64,000 bases of DNA from Pseudomonadota bacterium (lineage in GTDB: Bacteria; Bdellovibrionota_B; Oligoflexia; Oligoflexales; CAIYRB01): NCBI GenBank assembly GCA_031416315.1, contig JANOTL010000138.1:98131-162130 (forward strand), given 5' to 3'. Under the pieces are notes generated by a model. It did not search any database and was not told the DNA's origin. It saw nothing but the letters and a program-made list of their open reading frames with translations. The position numbers and the translations under genes were made by a program. Positions 55,233 through 64,000 of this stretch are shown piece by piece; the stretch's first letter is position 1, and the number at the start of each line of letters is the position of its first letter.

Positions 55233-57332
55233 ATGCCAAACGCATCCGCGTCTTTGCTGCGCCATCTCTTCGTCGCTTTGAGCGTCGGAGGCATGACGTT
55301 CTTCGCGAGCTGCGACTCGGACAAGGTCGCCGATCGCACCGGCTCGGCGGCGTCGACGACGAAGCCCGCGACCGGCGCATCCGCGCCGACCGGCGTGAGC
55401 GATGACGACGACGACGACGATGACGATTCCGGGTCGGAGCCGGGCTCGGCCACGGGAGATGCTTCGGGAACGGACGTCGGCTCCGGAACCGAGGATGCGG
55501 GCGGGACCGATACGGGCACGGGCTCCGGTACGGAAGACGCGACCGGCTCCTTGAATATCGACATCGAGAACGGCGGCGCAGACCCAGAGGCCAACTTCAC
55601 CCCCGAAGAGATGGACGACGCAAGCGCGGTCGCGTTCTTGAAGAGCGCCTGCGCCTCTTGCCACAAGGACGGCGCCGGCAACGACAGCGCCTGGAGCATG
55701 GGCGCGGAAGCCAACATCGTTCCGGAGAAGTACGTCGCGCGCCTCAAATCAGACGTCCAGCTCGACGCCGTGTTCGCCGCGATGGCCAATAAGTTTCTCG
55801 GCATCGAGGCCGCGTCGCCCAAGCCGATGCCGTTCGGCCCGACGCTCGACCTAGAGCTCAAGATGAAGCTCGCCGGCGTCTTGCAGTGGATGAAGGTCCA
55901 ATTCCCCGTGTCCTCGGCGGCCGGCGAGGAGCGCCTCGGCGGCCTCGCGCTCGACCTCAAGGGGCCGAGGGTGTCGAAGCGCTACAAATGCGTCGAAGTC
56001 CCGGACAAAGGCGCGTACTTGCGCCGAGTCATGGCCGACATCTTCGACCGTCCGCCGACGACGTCCGAGAAGGCCAAGTTCTACGCCAGCGTGGCGGAAG
56101 AAGGCGAGCCCGCGGACGCAGAGTACCGCAAGAAGGTCATGAACGAGCTGTTCAAGCCGTCGACCTCTCTGAACACCGAGTTCGACCGCAAGGGTCTTGA
56201 AAAGCTGTCGTCGAAGATCACCGGCGTCACCGGGCTGCGCCCGAACGCCTCCTATGACGCCGACGTCATTAAGGACTTTCAGGCTGAGTTCCTGATGCTG
56301 CTGCGCGCTAAGGTGAAGGAACTCCCATTCAAGGACATCCTCCTGGCCAAGAAAGTGATGGTCTCGAAGAAGACCGCGAAGTTCTACAGCGCGGCGTGCG
56401 AGACAGCGGCCGCCAACCTGAATGACAGCTCGACAAACATCAAGGAACGCTTCGTCGAGTGCGACCTCGACGCCGAGCGCAGCAACTTTTTCGGCACGAT
56501 CCCCTACCTGAACCTTTGGCAGAGCTCGTTCTTAATCAACAACAACAACTACACGCGCATGGCGCACATGTACACGGTGCTGACCGGCGAGGCGCTCAAG
56601 CCGAAAACCGACGGCCCGACCGGCGGCGCCGCGTTACCCGGCGCAAGCTGCCTGAAATCCAAGGACACGCGAGCGAAGCTGGCGAATCCGGATGATCCTA
56701 CGTCCGCCCTCGCCAAGCATGGCACGATCTCCATCCCGAGCGTCGGCATTTTCTGCCAGTCCTGCCATGTCGGCAGGAACCTCGCCAACGGCTCGATCAT
56801 CTTTCGTCCGTTCCACTTGCATGGAGAAAAGCTCACGAAGGTCCTGGTCGCCGAAGCGGTGACGGCCCTCAACATCCCGAACCCGGATCCGGTGCCCAAG
56901 TTCCTGGAAGAAGTGAAGATCGCGACGGAGCCGGGCCGCGTGTTCGTGGACATCGTCCAAAACAAGCCGAAGCTCGTCGAAGTCTCGAGCCCCGATGGCC
57001 TCTTGCGCCTCGCCGCCCTGCTCGACAAGAGCAGCTCCGAGAACGAAGGTTGCGTCGCGACCGTCGACCCCGCCGGCAATAAAGTCGAGAAGAAGATCGT
57101 GACCATCGGCGACCTCACCGCCGAGATCGTCGGCGACGGCAAGATCCTGATCGCTGGCCTTGCTCGCCACATTCCTAGGGCTTTCGGCAACCAATCGGTG
57201 ACCAACCAGGAAATCCTGGCGGCTATGAGCAAGGCGAACACCGAAGGCGGGGGCAAGCTTTACCCGCTCATTCGGGCATACCTCGAGACCGAGTCTTATG
57301 CTTGCGGTCGAACTGCCGAAGCACCGAACTGA
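55233..57332 (+). CDS. Diheme c-type cytochrome lipoprotein (possibly PSCyt/PSD1-type)
   Basis: Lipobox FFASC. Poly-Asp and G/T/D low-complexity linker. Two heme-binding motifs, CASCH (~residue 150) and CQSCH (~residue 505). Confidence 0.65.
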   Translation: MPNASASLLRHLFVALSVGGMTFFASCDSDKVADRTGSAASTTKPATGASAPTGVSDDDDDDDDDSGSEPGSATGDASGTDVGSGTEDAGGTDTGTGSGTEDATGSLNIDIENGGADPEANFTPEEMDDASAVAFLKSACASCHKDGAGNDSAWSMGAEANIVPEKYVARLKSDVQLDAVFAAMANKFLGIEAASPKPMPFGPTLDLELKMKLAGVLQWMKVQFPVSSAAGEERLGGLALDLKGPRVSKRYKCVEVPDKGAYLRRVMADIFDRPPTTSEKAKFYASVAEEGEPADAEYRKKVMNELFKPSTSLNTEFDRKGLEKLSSKITGVTGLRPNASYDADVIKDFQAEFLMLLRAKVKELPFKDILLAKKVMVSKKTAKFYSAACETAAANLNDSSTNIKERFVECDLDAERSNFFGTIPYLNLWQSSFLINNNNYTRMAHMYTVLTGEALKPKTDGPTGGAALPGASCLKSKDTRAKLANPDDPTSALAKHGTISIPSVGIFCQSCHVGRNLANGSIIFRPFHLHGEKLTKVLVAEAVTALNIPNPDPVPKFLEEVKIATEPGRVFVDIVQNKPKLVEVSSPDGLLRLAALLDKSSSENEGCVATVDPAGNKVEKKIVTIGDLTAEIVGDGKILIAGLARHIPRAFGNQSVTNQEILAAMSKANTEGGGKLYPLIRAYLETESYACGRTAEAPN

Positions 57333-57342
57333 GGGAAACGCG

Positions 57343-58197
57343 ATGAAGCTCAGAATGCTCTATGTTTCGGCGGTCGCATTAGCGCTCGTCATCGGTTGCG
57401 GCGACAAAGAGCCGATCCTCGCCGGCAACGGTGGGAAGGCTCCTGGCTCCTCCAGGAAGACCGTGAGCAACGAGGACGGAAGCGGATCGGAAACCGCGAG
57501 CGGAAGCGGCAGCACGCCGGTCATCGTGATCGATTCCAATTCCGCCGAGCCGGTCCCAGCTACCCCGGACCTCGTGCCCGTCGTCGAAGAGCCGACCATC
57601 GGCGAAGACGAGACCCAGGCCGTCGTCATCGACGTCGAGCCGATCGAAGGCCCGTCGTTGCAGGTGAAGAACGTGCTGCTCCTGAGAAGCTCGATTTCCG
57701 CCTGTCTCGATGTCGAGCCGAACAACAAAGCGATCTACCTCGTCGGCCCCGAGACGAAAATCGGCAGCTCGGCGGACCTCGGTATGACCGGCAAGCTCAA
57801 ATTTTACAACGGCTCGTGCCCGACCGGCGGTGACATCGTCGACTGCTTGAAGTCGGACCTCTACAACCCCGCGGCCGTCTCCGGCGACACGGTGGCGGCC
57901 AACGCGCTGACCGCCGGTTATCTGCAGGCGCTCGGCACCGTGGCGAATTTCGTGGCTCAGAACTGCAACGTCGCGGACGCGAACAGCCGCTGCCGCTGCG
58001 AGAAAGAGGACGTCGCAAAGTCCCTGATCTCCTCTTGCCTCCCCTACCTCAAGGGCGATGACGCCACGCTAGCGGCTGAGTATCTGCAGCAGACCTGCGA
58101 AACGACCTCAACGGCCGAGGACAAGATCAACTTGGCGCGGCGAATCGGCATCGCTAACCTCCTTGGATCCATTGCTTTCGCCGTCTCGCGCGAATAA
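57343..58197 (+). CDS. Hypothetical lipoprotein, Cys-rich C-terminal half
   Basis: ATG with GAGGGA RBS. Lipobox VIGCG. Ten Cys residues in the C-terminal 150 aa. Confidence 0.5.
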   Translation: MKLRMLYVSAVALALVIGCGDKEPILAGNGGKAPGSSRKTVSNEDGSGSETASGSGSTPVIVIDSNSAEPVPATPDLVPVVEEPTIGEDETQAVVIDVEPIEGPSLQVKNVLLLRSSISACLDVEPNNKAIYLVGPETKIGSSADLGMTGKLKFYNGSCPTGGDIVDCLKSDLYNPAAVSGDTVAANALTAGYLQALGTVANFVAQNCNVADANSRCRCEKEDVAKSLISSCLPYLKGDDATLAAEYLQQTCETTSTAEDKINLARRIGIANLLGSIAFAVSRE

Positions 58198-58209
58198 GGA
58201 AGCACCGTC

Positions 58210-59889
58210 ATGGCCAAGAAGAATCTCGATTTCGTTCTGCGTGATCGCCGCGAGTTCTTTAAGCTGAGCTCCGCTCTGGGACTCGGCGCCGCGACTTGGG
58301 CCCATGTGCCTTGGCTCGCGAATCGCTATGTGGCGCCAACGGTGGCCAGCCTCTACGACGCATTCAACCGCTCAGCCCTCGCGCAGAGCGTCGACGGCTT
58401 CGACTACTTGGTCGACGCTGCCAAGGGCGGCCTCTCGCTTTTGCGCTTCACCGAGACCGCGCAGGCCGCGGTCGAGGATGAAGAGATTTACTACGTGAAC
58501 ATCAACGTGACCTGCGGCATCTCGCCGAAGTTTTTCACGATTTTCGAGGCGGAGAACGCGGCCGGCCTCAAGGGCGGGTTGCTTGCCCCCGGTAATGCGG
58601 CCAACTTTCCGAACACTCTTCAGTACCTCAAAGATACCGGCCTCGAGAAGATGACGACGATCGACCGCTTCAAGCCGATGCGGATGACCGAGTGGTTCTC
58701 GCAAATCCTCATGCACGGCACGAACGACGGCAAGGACATCGGGACGACGGCGAGCGTCCTCGACAAGGTCAAGCCCTACATCGCGCCTTTCACGGACGAG
58801 GCCCGGATCCAGATCGCCCACGCTTTGACGGGCGGCGTCTCGCACATCTACAGCTCCTTCCAGCTCACGGGCGGCGGCGACATCAACTACGAGATGCAGA
58901 AGGGCGGCTTGTACAGTCCCCTTCAGCTCCTTTGCTTCGGCTACCCGGTGCTCCTCCCCGGCGACGACGACCTCAACTCCGGCAACAACAAGATCCAGGG
59001 CCCAGGCGGCTCGGTTCTCGTTCCAGCCAAGACGACGAACAACTTCGTGCAAACAATCAACCAGCTCGTTGCCGACTCATTCCTCTCCACCGACAAGTGC
59101 GCGGAAAACAATATCATCTGCTCTTTCGACAAGCTGGCGCGCAGTCGAGACGCGAACGAGCTGCGCAACACGATGCTCGAAAAGCTCGATTTGATCCGCA
59201 CCAAGATCAAGACGATGGGGCCCAACATCGAAGGCGTCGCCAATGCGACGGCGGTGCGCGACGAAGCGATGGCCCTGCATTCGGTCACGACCACCCGGGC
59301 GCAAACGACCCCGCCGACCAACTTCGCGAGTATGGACTTCATGTCGCAGATGGTCGCCTGCTGCGAGCTCATGACCAACTTGGATGCGTACCGAAACTTC
59401 TCTTGCCATCTCAACATCGTTGACCTCGACGGCCGGAAGTACGATGCGAAGGATGACCCCGAGGCGATTCCCCACGGCCACAACTACGTCAACGGCCACC
59501 GTCAGCTGGCGATCGCTCTCAACATGCTGGGGACACTGATCAAGCGCACCGGCAAGAAGATTTACGTCACCGTCAGCGCCGACACGGGTCGCGCGGTCTC
59601 CGGGGTCGATGCGGTGGGCTCGACCGCGATCCTCATGGCTCCAAAGTCGACGAAGCTGAAGGATGCCTACGTCTATTACAACGACACGGCATTGACCACG
59701 AATGACGGCGCCGCCGCGGATCCAAGCTCAAATCCGGCTATCTGGGGCAAGGACCTTCGCGACCAGGCAGACGCCGCCGACACGACGAAGCCGACCTCGT
59801 TCAAGGCATGGGCGGCCGGCGTCTACCACTTCATCCTGGGCAAGCGCATGGCCAACGAGCCTTACGTCAAGATCAAGAAGGACGCCTGA
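58210..59889 (+). CDS. Tat-exported hypothetical protein
   Basis: Twin-arginine signal DRREFFKLSSALGLGAATWA. 559 aa. Begins 13 nt after the lipoprotein gene. Confidence 0.55.
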   Translation: MAKKNLDFVLRDRREFFKLSSALGLGAATWAHVPWLANRYVAPTVASLYDAFNRSALAQSVDGFDYLVDAAKGGLSLLRFTETAQAAVEDEEIYYVNINVTCGISPKFFTIFEAENAAGLKGGLLAPGNAANFPNTLQYLKDTGLEKMTTIDRFKPMRMTEWFSQILMHGTNDGKDIGTTASVLDKVKPYIAPFTDEARIQIAHALTGGVSHIYSSFQLTGGGDINYEMQKGGLYSPLQLLCFGYPVLLPGDDDLNSGNNKIQGPGGSVLVPAKTTNNFVQTINQLVADSFLSTDKCAENNIICSFDKLARSRDANELRNTMLEKLDLIRTKIKTMGPNIEGVANATAVRDEAMALHSVTTTRAQTTPPTNFASMDFMSQMVACCELMTNLDAYRNFSCHLNIVDLDGRKYDAKDDPEAIPHGHNYVNGHRQLAIALNMLGTLIKRTGKKIYVTVSADTGRAVSGVDAVGSTAILMAPKSTKLKDAYVYYNDTALTTNDGAAADPSSNPAIWGKDLRDQADAADTTKPTSFKAWAAGVYHFILGKRMANEPYVKIKKDA

Positions 59890-59892
59890 CGC

Positions 59893-61212
59893 TTAAGGAA
59901 TGACGCCTTCCGCGAGGCGGAGCGCTTCGCCCGCCAGGGCGAAGAACTTCATCTCCCTGGCGGCGCCGGCGTAAGCGTCGTGCGTCGGGTCGTTCCAGGC
60001 AAGGGCAAGGCAACCCGCGGCGCCGGCTCGCGAGCGTAGCCCGTACGTCATGTGGATGACTCCGGGCTCCGAGCCGCCTTTGTAGCCCGCCCAGGCCCAG
60101 TGCGAGCCTTCGCGGCCCGGCGCGACAAAGGGCGTATTGGCGCCCAAGATTTCGACGAGGTGCGCATCGCCACGCGCGGTGAGCCAGCGCATGGCGGCGC
60201 ACGTCTCGCGCGTCGACGCGAACCATTCGATCGTGTCGATCAGCTTCGGCGTCAAGAAGCAGCGGGGCTCGATACAGATGGCTTCCCTGGGCTTCGTGGC
60301 TAGCTCAGCGAGGATGGCGTTGCGCTCCGCCAGCGTCCCGAACACGTACCGCGTCGCGCGCGTAGCGTCATCCTCAAGCCATTTCAGCTTGAACGCCTCG
60401 ACAGTCGAGAGAAAGGGCGCGTTTCCCGGGTCCGCGTTGTCGAGACCCATCACGCGCGCGTGCGCCGCGACCGCGTCCCGGCCGAGATAGTGCAAAAGGT
60501 GGTCGGTGGCGGTGTTGTCGCTGTCGGCGATCATCTTGCGCGCGTACTCGAAAACGCCGGCCTGCGATCCCGCGGGCCAAAGATGCATCTCGCCGCTGGG
60601 GAGCGACTTCCAGTCTTCGCGGATTGCGAGCGGCGTCGTCCACGAGAAGGTCGAGGGAATCGTCGTCCACAGCGTGCCGAGGATCCACAGCTTGAAGGTC
60701 GAGCCGATCGCGAGCGGCTCCTCGTCTGCCACGCTCGCCGCGGCGCCGGGTGCGCCGTCGAGGCTCAGATGCAGGCTTGTTTGACCGCCGAGAGCTTCCA
60801 GCGCCGCCGCGAGCGCGGCCGGCGTCTCGAGATGAAGGCGAGGATCGTCGGCGTCGACGATCCGGAAGCCGTCGACCAGGCCCGCTTCGTCGACGTGCAG
60901 CGAAACGAGGATCGCGCCGCCGGCGTCGGTGTCGAAACGCAACAAGTTGGCTTCGACAAGGCTCGACTTGCTGCAGGCGCCATACTCGCGCGCGAAACCG
61001 GCGAGGTAACGCTCGAGCTCGGCCGGCGTGACGATCGCGCGCACTACTGGGGCGAAGGTGGCTTCGAAGTCGATCTCGGGCGCGAGCGTCGTGGCGGCAC
61101 AGATCCGCTCGCCCTTCTCGAGGAGGTCGGCGGCGGCGTCGGCGCGGGCGGCGGGCGCCGGCAGCGCGGCGCCGACCGTCAGGGTCAAAGCCATGCGGGA
61201 CAAGGCGTTCAT
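59893..61212 (-). CDS. Secreted serine hydrolase, class-A beta-lactamase-like, with N-terminal extra domain
   Basis: Signal peptide. STFK (SxxK), SDN and KGG motifs in class-A order and approximate spacing. ~150-aa N-terminal extension. Confidence 0.45.
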   Translation of the reverse strand: MNALSRMALTLTVGAALPAPAARADAAADLLEKGERICAATTLAPEIDFEATFAPVVRAIVTPAELERYLAGFAREYGACSKSSLVEANLLRFDTDAGGAILVSLHVDEAGLVDGFRIVDADDPRLHLETPAALAAALEALGGQTSLHLSLDGAPGAAASVADEEPLAIGSTFKLWILGTLWTTIPSTFSWTTPLAIREDWKSLPSGEMHLWPAGSQAGVFEYARKMIADSDNTATDHLLHYLGRDAVAAHARVMGLDNADPGNAPFLSTVEAFKLKWLEDDATRATRYVFGTLAERNAILAELATKPREAICIEPRCFLTPKLIDTIEWFASTRETCAAMRWLTARGDAHLVEILGANTPFVAPGREGSHWAWAGYKGGSEPGVIHMTYGLRSRAGAAGCLALAWNDPTHDAYAGAAREMKFFALAGEALRLAEGVIP

Positions 61213-61270
61213 GGAGTCTCCTGGGCGGCGGTCGGGGCCGTTCTACCGCAAGGTCTGCTACAATGCCAGG

Positions 61271-62197
61271 ATGCATAATCGGATTTCGATTCAGCTGGTT
61301 GCGACAACGATCGCGGTCCTGCTCGGACTCGAGGCCGGGCTATTCTGGGCGCTGGACTCGGGGAGAACGGCGCTCGTGCTGGGCTTTGCCGTCGGCATCG
61401 GCGTGTGGCTCGACCGGCTCTACGTCGTCGCGCACGAGGCGAGCCACTTCAAGCTCTTCCCCCGAAATCGTTGGGCGAACGATCTTGCGGGTGGGCTCTT
61501 GACCCTGCCGGTGCTCGTGCCGATCACTGCGTTTCGCAAGATCCATCTCTTCCATCACGGCCAAAACCGGCGCACGCCGGAGCTGGCAGCGCTCGACGTG
61601 TTTGTCGTCGACCGCGAGCCCGGGCGGGTGAAGCGCGCTTATCTTTACGCGTCTTGGTACCTGTGCGTCTTTTGCGGCGGCTTCTTCCTGCACTCGTTGG
61701 CGACGGTCGCGATCATGCTGCTCTTGCCGACGAAGACGGCCGTGCGCATCTCGCCGGCGTTCATCGGCTGGTCGCGGCGGCAACGCCTGATCGCGTGGGG
61801 CGAGACGCTCTGCGGCGCGGCGCTGCATTTAGCCGTGTGGCGGAGTTTCGGCGCCGAGGCCTGGTTTTTCGCCCTCGGACTACCGATTCTCGTGTTCGCC
61901 TGGCTCTGGTCGATCCTGCTTTACGTCTATCACTACCGCGCGACCATCGGCGCGAAGGTCGGCTGGAACGCGCGGTCCTTGCCACGGCAGCGGTTCTTCT
62001 CGTGGCTTCTGCTCAACTTCAACGAGCACGTGACGCATCACGCAGACCCGCGAATTCCGTGGTACGAGCTGCCGCAAAAGCGCATGGAGCTGCCGGAGAC
62101 GCACGGCGCCAACGCGACCGGCAAGGGATTGGCGTCCTTGGTGTTGGCGCAGCTCGCCGGACCGACGATCGTCGTTCGTCGGAAGGAGGCCTCATGA
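61271..62197 (+). CDS. Membrane fatty-acid-desaturase-family protein
   Basis: Three His boxes HEASH, HLFHH and HVTHH. Four or more TM helices. Confidence 0.8.
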   Translation: MHNRISIQLVATTIAVLLGLEAGLFWALDSGRTALVLGFAVGIGVWLDRLYVVAHEASHFKLFPRNRWANDLAGGLLTLPVLVPITAFRKIHLFHHGQNRRTPELAALDVFVVDREPGRVKRAYLYASWYLCVFCGGFFLHSLATVAIMLLLPTKTAVRISPAFIGWSRRQRLIAWGETLCGAALHLAVWRSFGAEAWFFALGLPILVFAWLWSILLYVYHYRATIGAKVGWNARSLPRQRFFSWLLLNFNEHVTHHADPRIPWYELPQKRMELPETHGANATGKGLASLVLAQLAGPTIVVRRKEAS

Positions 62198-62835
62198 GGC
62201 GGGCGACGCTTGCGGACGTCCCCGCCGTCATGGCCCTGAAAGAGTCGCTACGCATGGATCCTTCTCGGACCATGGCGGCGGAAGGGTTCCTGCTCGGATC
62301 GAGCGCCGAAGCGTACGCGCACTTCGTTCAAGGAGCTGCCTTTCGCTTGCTGTGCGCTAAAGAATCTAGTGAAATCAACGGATTCGGAATTGCCCTGCCG
62401 GACGCGATGCTGCGAGCGAGCGAAGTGTGGGAAAGGCGCCACGAGATCGCGTGGACGGAGCCGGATCTGCTCGCCTCCTTGGAGGCCCGCAAGCTCGGTT
62501 ACGTCGAGCAGCTCGCGTTTCGTCCTGGAATTGCGGCACGAGTGTATGCGCCTGCCCTCGCCATGCGCTTGGTCGAGGACCTCGAGGAGATGGGGACGGA
62601 GCTCGTTCTGGCGACGACCGTGGCGGCGCCTTTCATGAACGCGGCCTCGCTGACGCTCATGGCGACCGTAGGCGCGCGGGTTGTGGGGCGCGTGGAAGAG
62701 CAGCATGGCGCGATACGCCTCATCTCCGACGTGCATTTGTTCTCGATGGCGGAGTTCGCGCGCCTTCGTGATCATAGCGCGCCGCGCCGGTTTCGGCGGA
62801 TCCGTGACACCATGCTGAGACTGGTGAGAGAGTAG
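62194..62835 (+). CDS. Hypothetical protein translationally coupled to the desaturase
   Basis: ATGA overlap with the desaturase stop. GGAAGGAGG RBS. No motif recognised. Confidence 0.45.
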   Translation: MRRATLADVPAVMALKESLRMDPSRTMAAEGFLLGSSAEAYAHFVQGAAFRLLCAKESSEINGFGIALPDAMLRASEVWERRHEIAWTEPDLLASLEARKLGYVEQLAFRPGIAARVYAPALAMRLVEDLEEMGTELVLATTVAAPFMNAASLTLMATVGARVVGRVEEQHGAIRLISDVHLFSMAEFARLRDHSAPRRFRRIRDTMLRLVRE

Positions 62836-62890
62836 CTGGAACGCGACTTGCTTCAGCAGGGGCCTGATCCCTCTCATGGAGGACCGGCCA

Positions 62891-63352
62891 ATGTTGATTC
62901 AAGACTATCTCGTGCAGCAGCACGTCCCGTTCCGGCAGATCGTGCACGACACGACGTTCACGGCGCGTACCCTGGCGCGGAAGATCCATGTCGACGTGGC
63001 CTCGGTCGCGAAGACGGTGGTGCTCGACGCAGAGGATCGGTTCGTGCTCGCGGTCCTGCCCGCGAATCGGGAGATCGACCTCGAGCGCGCGGCGGAGGTG
63101 CTAGGCGTTCATGGCGTGAAGTTGGCGTCCGAGACGACGTGCGGGATGTTGTTCCCGGAGAGCGAGTTGGGAGCGATGCCGCCGTTCGGCTCACAGCACG
63201 GGATGATGACGATGGTGGACCGCCGGCTTTGCTACGAAGAGGACATCACGTTTGAGGCGGACCGCCACCGCGCGGCGATCCGGATGAAATTCGCGGACTT
63301 CGAGCGTTTGGAGCGGCCGATGATCCGCGACTTTACGCGCACGGCGTCGTAG
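62891..63352 (+). CDS. YbaK/ProX-like deacylase-domain protein
   Basis: ~150 aa. KTVVLDAEDRFVLAVLP...GAMPPFG pattern resembles YbaK/aminoacyl-tRNA-editing domain proteins. Confidence 0.45.
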   Translation: MLIQDYLVQQHVPFRQIVHDTTFTARTLARKIHVDVASVAKTVVLDAEDRFVLAVLPANREIDLERAAEVLGVHGVKLASETTCGMLFPESELGAMPPFGSQHGMMTMVDRRLCYEEDITFEADRHRAAIRMKFADFERLERPMIRDFTRTAS

Positions 63353-63353
63353 A

Positions 63354-63701
63354 TCAAGTTCGCCGCGCTTCCTCGCGCAGCGCGGCTTCGGCTTCACCGA
63401 AGGCGACGTTGATCCGAAGGAGCAGCGCGGGCGCGTCCTCGATCGCGCGTTCCCGGCACCGCCGCTCCAGCGTGACGCAAAGATCTCGAAGCTGGGTCGC
63501 GCCGATCGTGGCTGCCGTGCCGGCCATCGCGTGGGCAGTCATGCGCAAGCGTGTCGAATCGCCGTGCGCGAGCCCCGCGGCCAACGCGTCGAGGAGGGCG
63601 CCGCAGCGGGCGGTGAAGAGGAGGATTTGCTCGTCGAAGAAGGGGTCCTCCGGAATCGACAGACTCTTCAGGTCGTCCACGATGCGAGGATCCAGAATCA
63701 T
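63354..63701 (-). CDS. Hpt (histidine phosphotransfer) domain protein
   Basis: Start trimmed to MILDPRIV. HAMAGTAATIGA fits the Hpt HxxKGxxxxxGA helix. Overlaps the upstream REC-domain ORF by 4 nt. Confidence 0.55.
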   Translation of the reverse strand: MILDPRIVDDLKSLSIPEDPFFDEQILLFTARCGALLDALAAGLAHGDSTRLRMTAHAMAGTAATIGATQLRDLCVTLERRCRERAIEDAPALLLRINVAFGEAEAALREEARRT

Positions 63702-64000
63702 CGAGCTTTCTCCTTGAGATGCGTCCCGAGGCAGCGGCGGAGCTCCTCGAAGCGCAGTGGTTTCAAGAGCACTTCGTCCATGCCGGCCGCGTGGCATGCG
63801 TCTCGGTCCGCTTGGAAGACGTCGGCGGTGAGGGCGACGATGCGTAGCTCCGGGTCTTTGTTGTCTTTGCGGATTTGCCGCGTCGCCGTGAGGCCGTCCA
63901 TCTCGGGCATCTGGCAATCCATGAAGATGAGGTTCGGTTTGTGCCGCGTCGCGAAGTCGACGGCCTCGGCGCCGGAGCACGCGACCTTCACCTTAAAGCC
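63698..64000 (-). CDS. Response-regulator receiver domain (C-terminus of a gene continuing beyond the window, likely hybrid histidine kinase)
   Basis: LIFMDCQMPEMDG, ALTADV and KP motifs of REC domains. ORF is open to the window edge. Confidence 0.7.
   Translation of the reverse strand, partial: GFKVKVACSGAEAVDFATRHKPNLIFMDCQMPEMDGLTATRQIRKDNKDPELRIVALTADVFQADRDACHAAGMDEVLLKPLRFEELRRCLGTHLKEKAR

Noticed and set aside
1-64000. Searched by eye for CRISPR repeats, IS inverted repeats/transposases, integrases, tRNA/rRNA genes
   Set aside because: No regularly spaced direct repeats, no transposase/integrase-like ORFs, and no intergenic region long or structured enough for an rRNA. tRNA absence cannot be fully excluded without a covariance-model scan.

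Overview
High-GC (~68-70%) chromosomal window, most likely from a delta-proteobacterial/Myxococcota- or Bdellovibrionota-like organism. Supporting points: a TIGR02147-type HTH protein, myxobacterial-style ether-lipid genes, and many secreted or lipoprotein genes. It is densely coding, with about 56 CDS and short intergenic regions. I found no rRNA, tRNA, CRISPR array or transposase/IS. Housekeeping anchors are rsgA, typA, a DEAD-box helicase, an oppABCDF-like peptide ABC transporter, type III glutamine synthetase and an MsbA-like ABC exporter. Several accessory modules stand out. (1) A co-localised, eukaryote-like ether-lipid gene set (fatty acyl reductase, FAD-linked alkyl-DHAP synthase with the WWGWG N-terminus, membrane-anchored SDR, PlsC-type acyltransferase). 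It is flanked by other lipid enzymes (MBL/NAPE-PLD-like hydrolase, LCAT-like lipase, SPFH protein). (2) An envelope-lipid tailoring-like locus: a B12-binding radical SAM/DUF4070 enzyme translationally coupled to an LtaS-family membrane enzyme, an acyltransferase-3 protein, and a divergent SGNH-like hydrolase plus a condensation/WS-DGAT-like HHxxxDG acyltransferase. (3) An array of four paralogous secreted ~200-aa proteins (DUF4360-like) in two inverted pairs, with a conserved AGTCACAGAAC-N5-GTTCT palindromic motif. The motif occurs in their divergent promoter and again upstream of the adjacent TIGR02147-family HTH regulator. That regulator is followed by a secreted Kelch/HExxH protein and an astacin-type metalloprotease lipoprotein. 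(4) The astacin carries two C-terminal modules resembling the pVHL beta-domain, with the hydroxyproline-pocket residues conserved. (5) A double Tim44-like/zinc-ribbon/TerB membrane protein sits divergent from an SPFH-DUF4339 protein. (6) A diheme CxxCH lipoprotein plus a Tat-exported protein lie downstream of the opp operon. Calls rest on motifs read from the ORF translations. Family names come from recollection and should be confirmed by HMM/BLAST searches.
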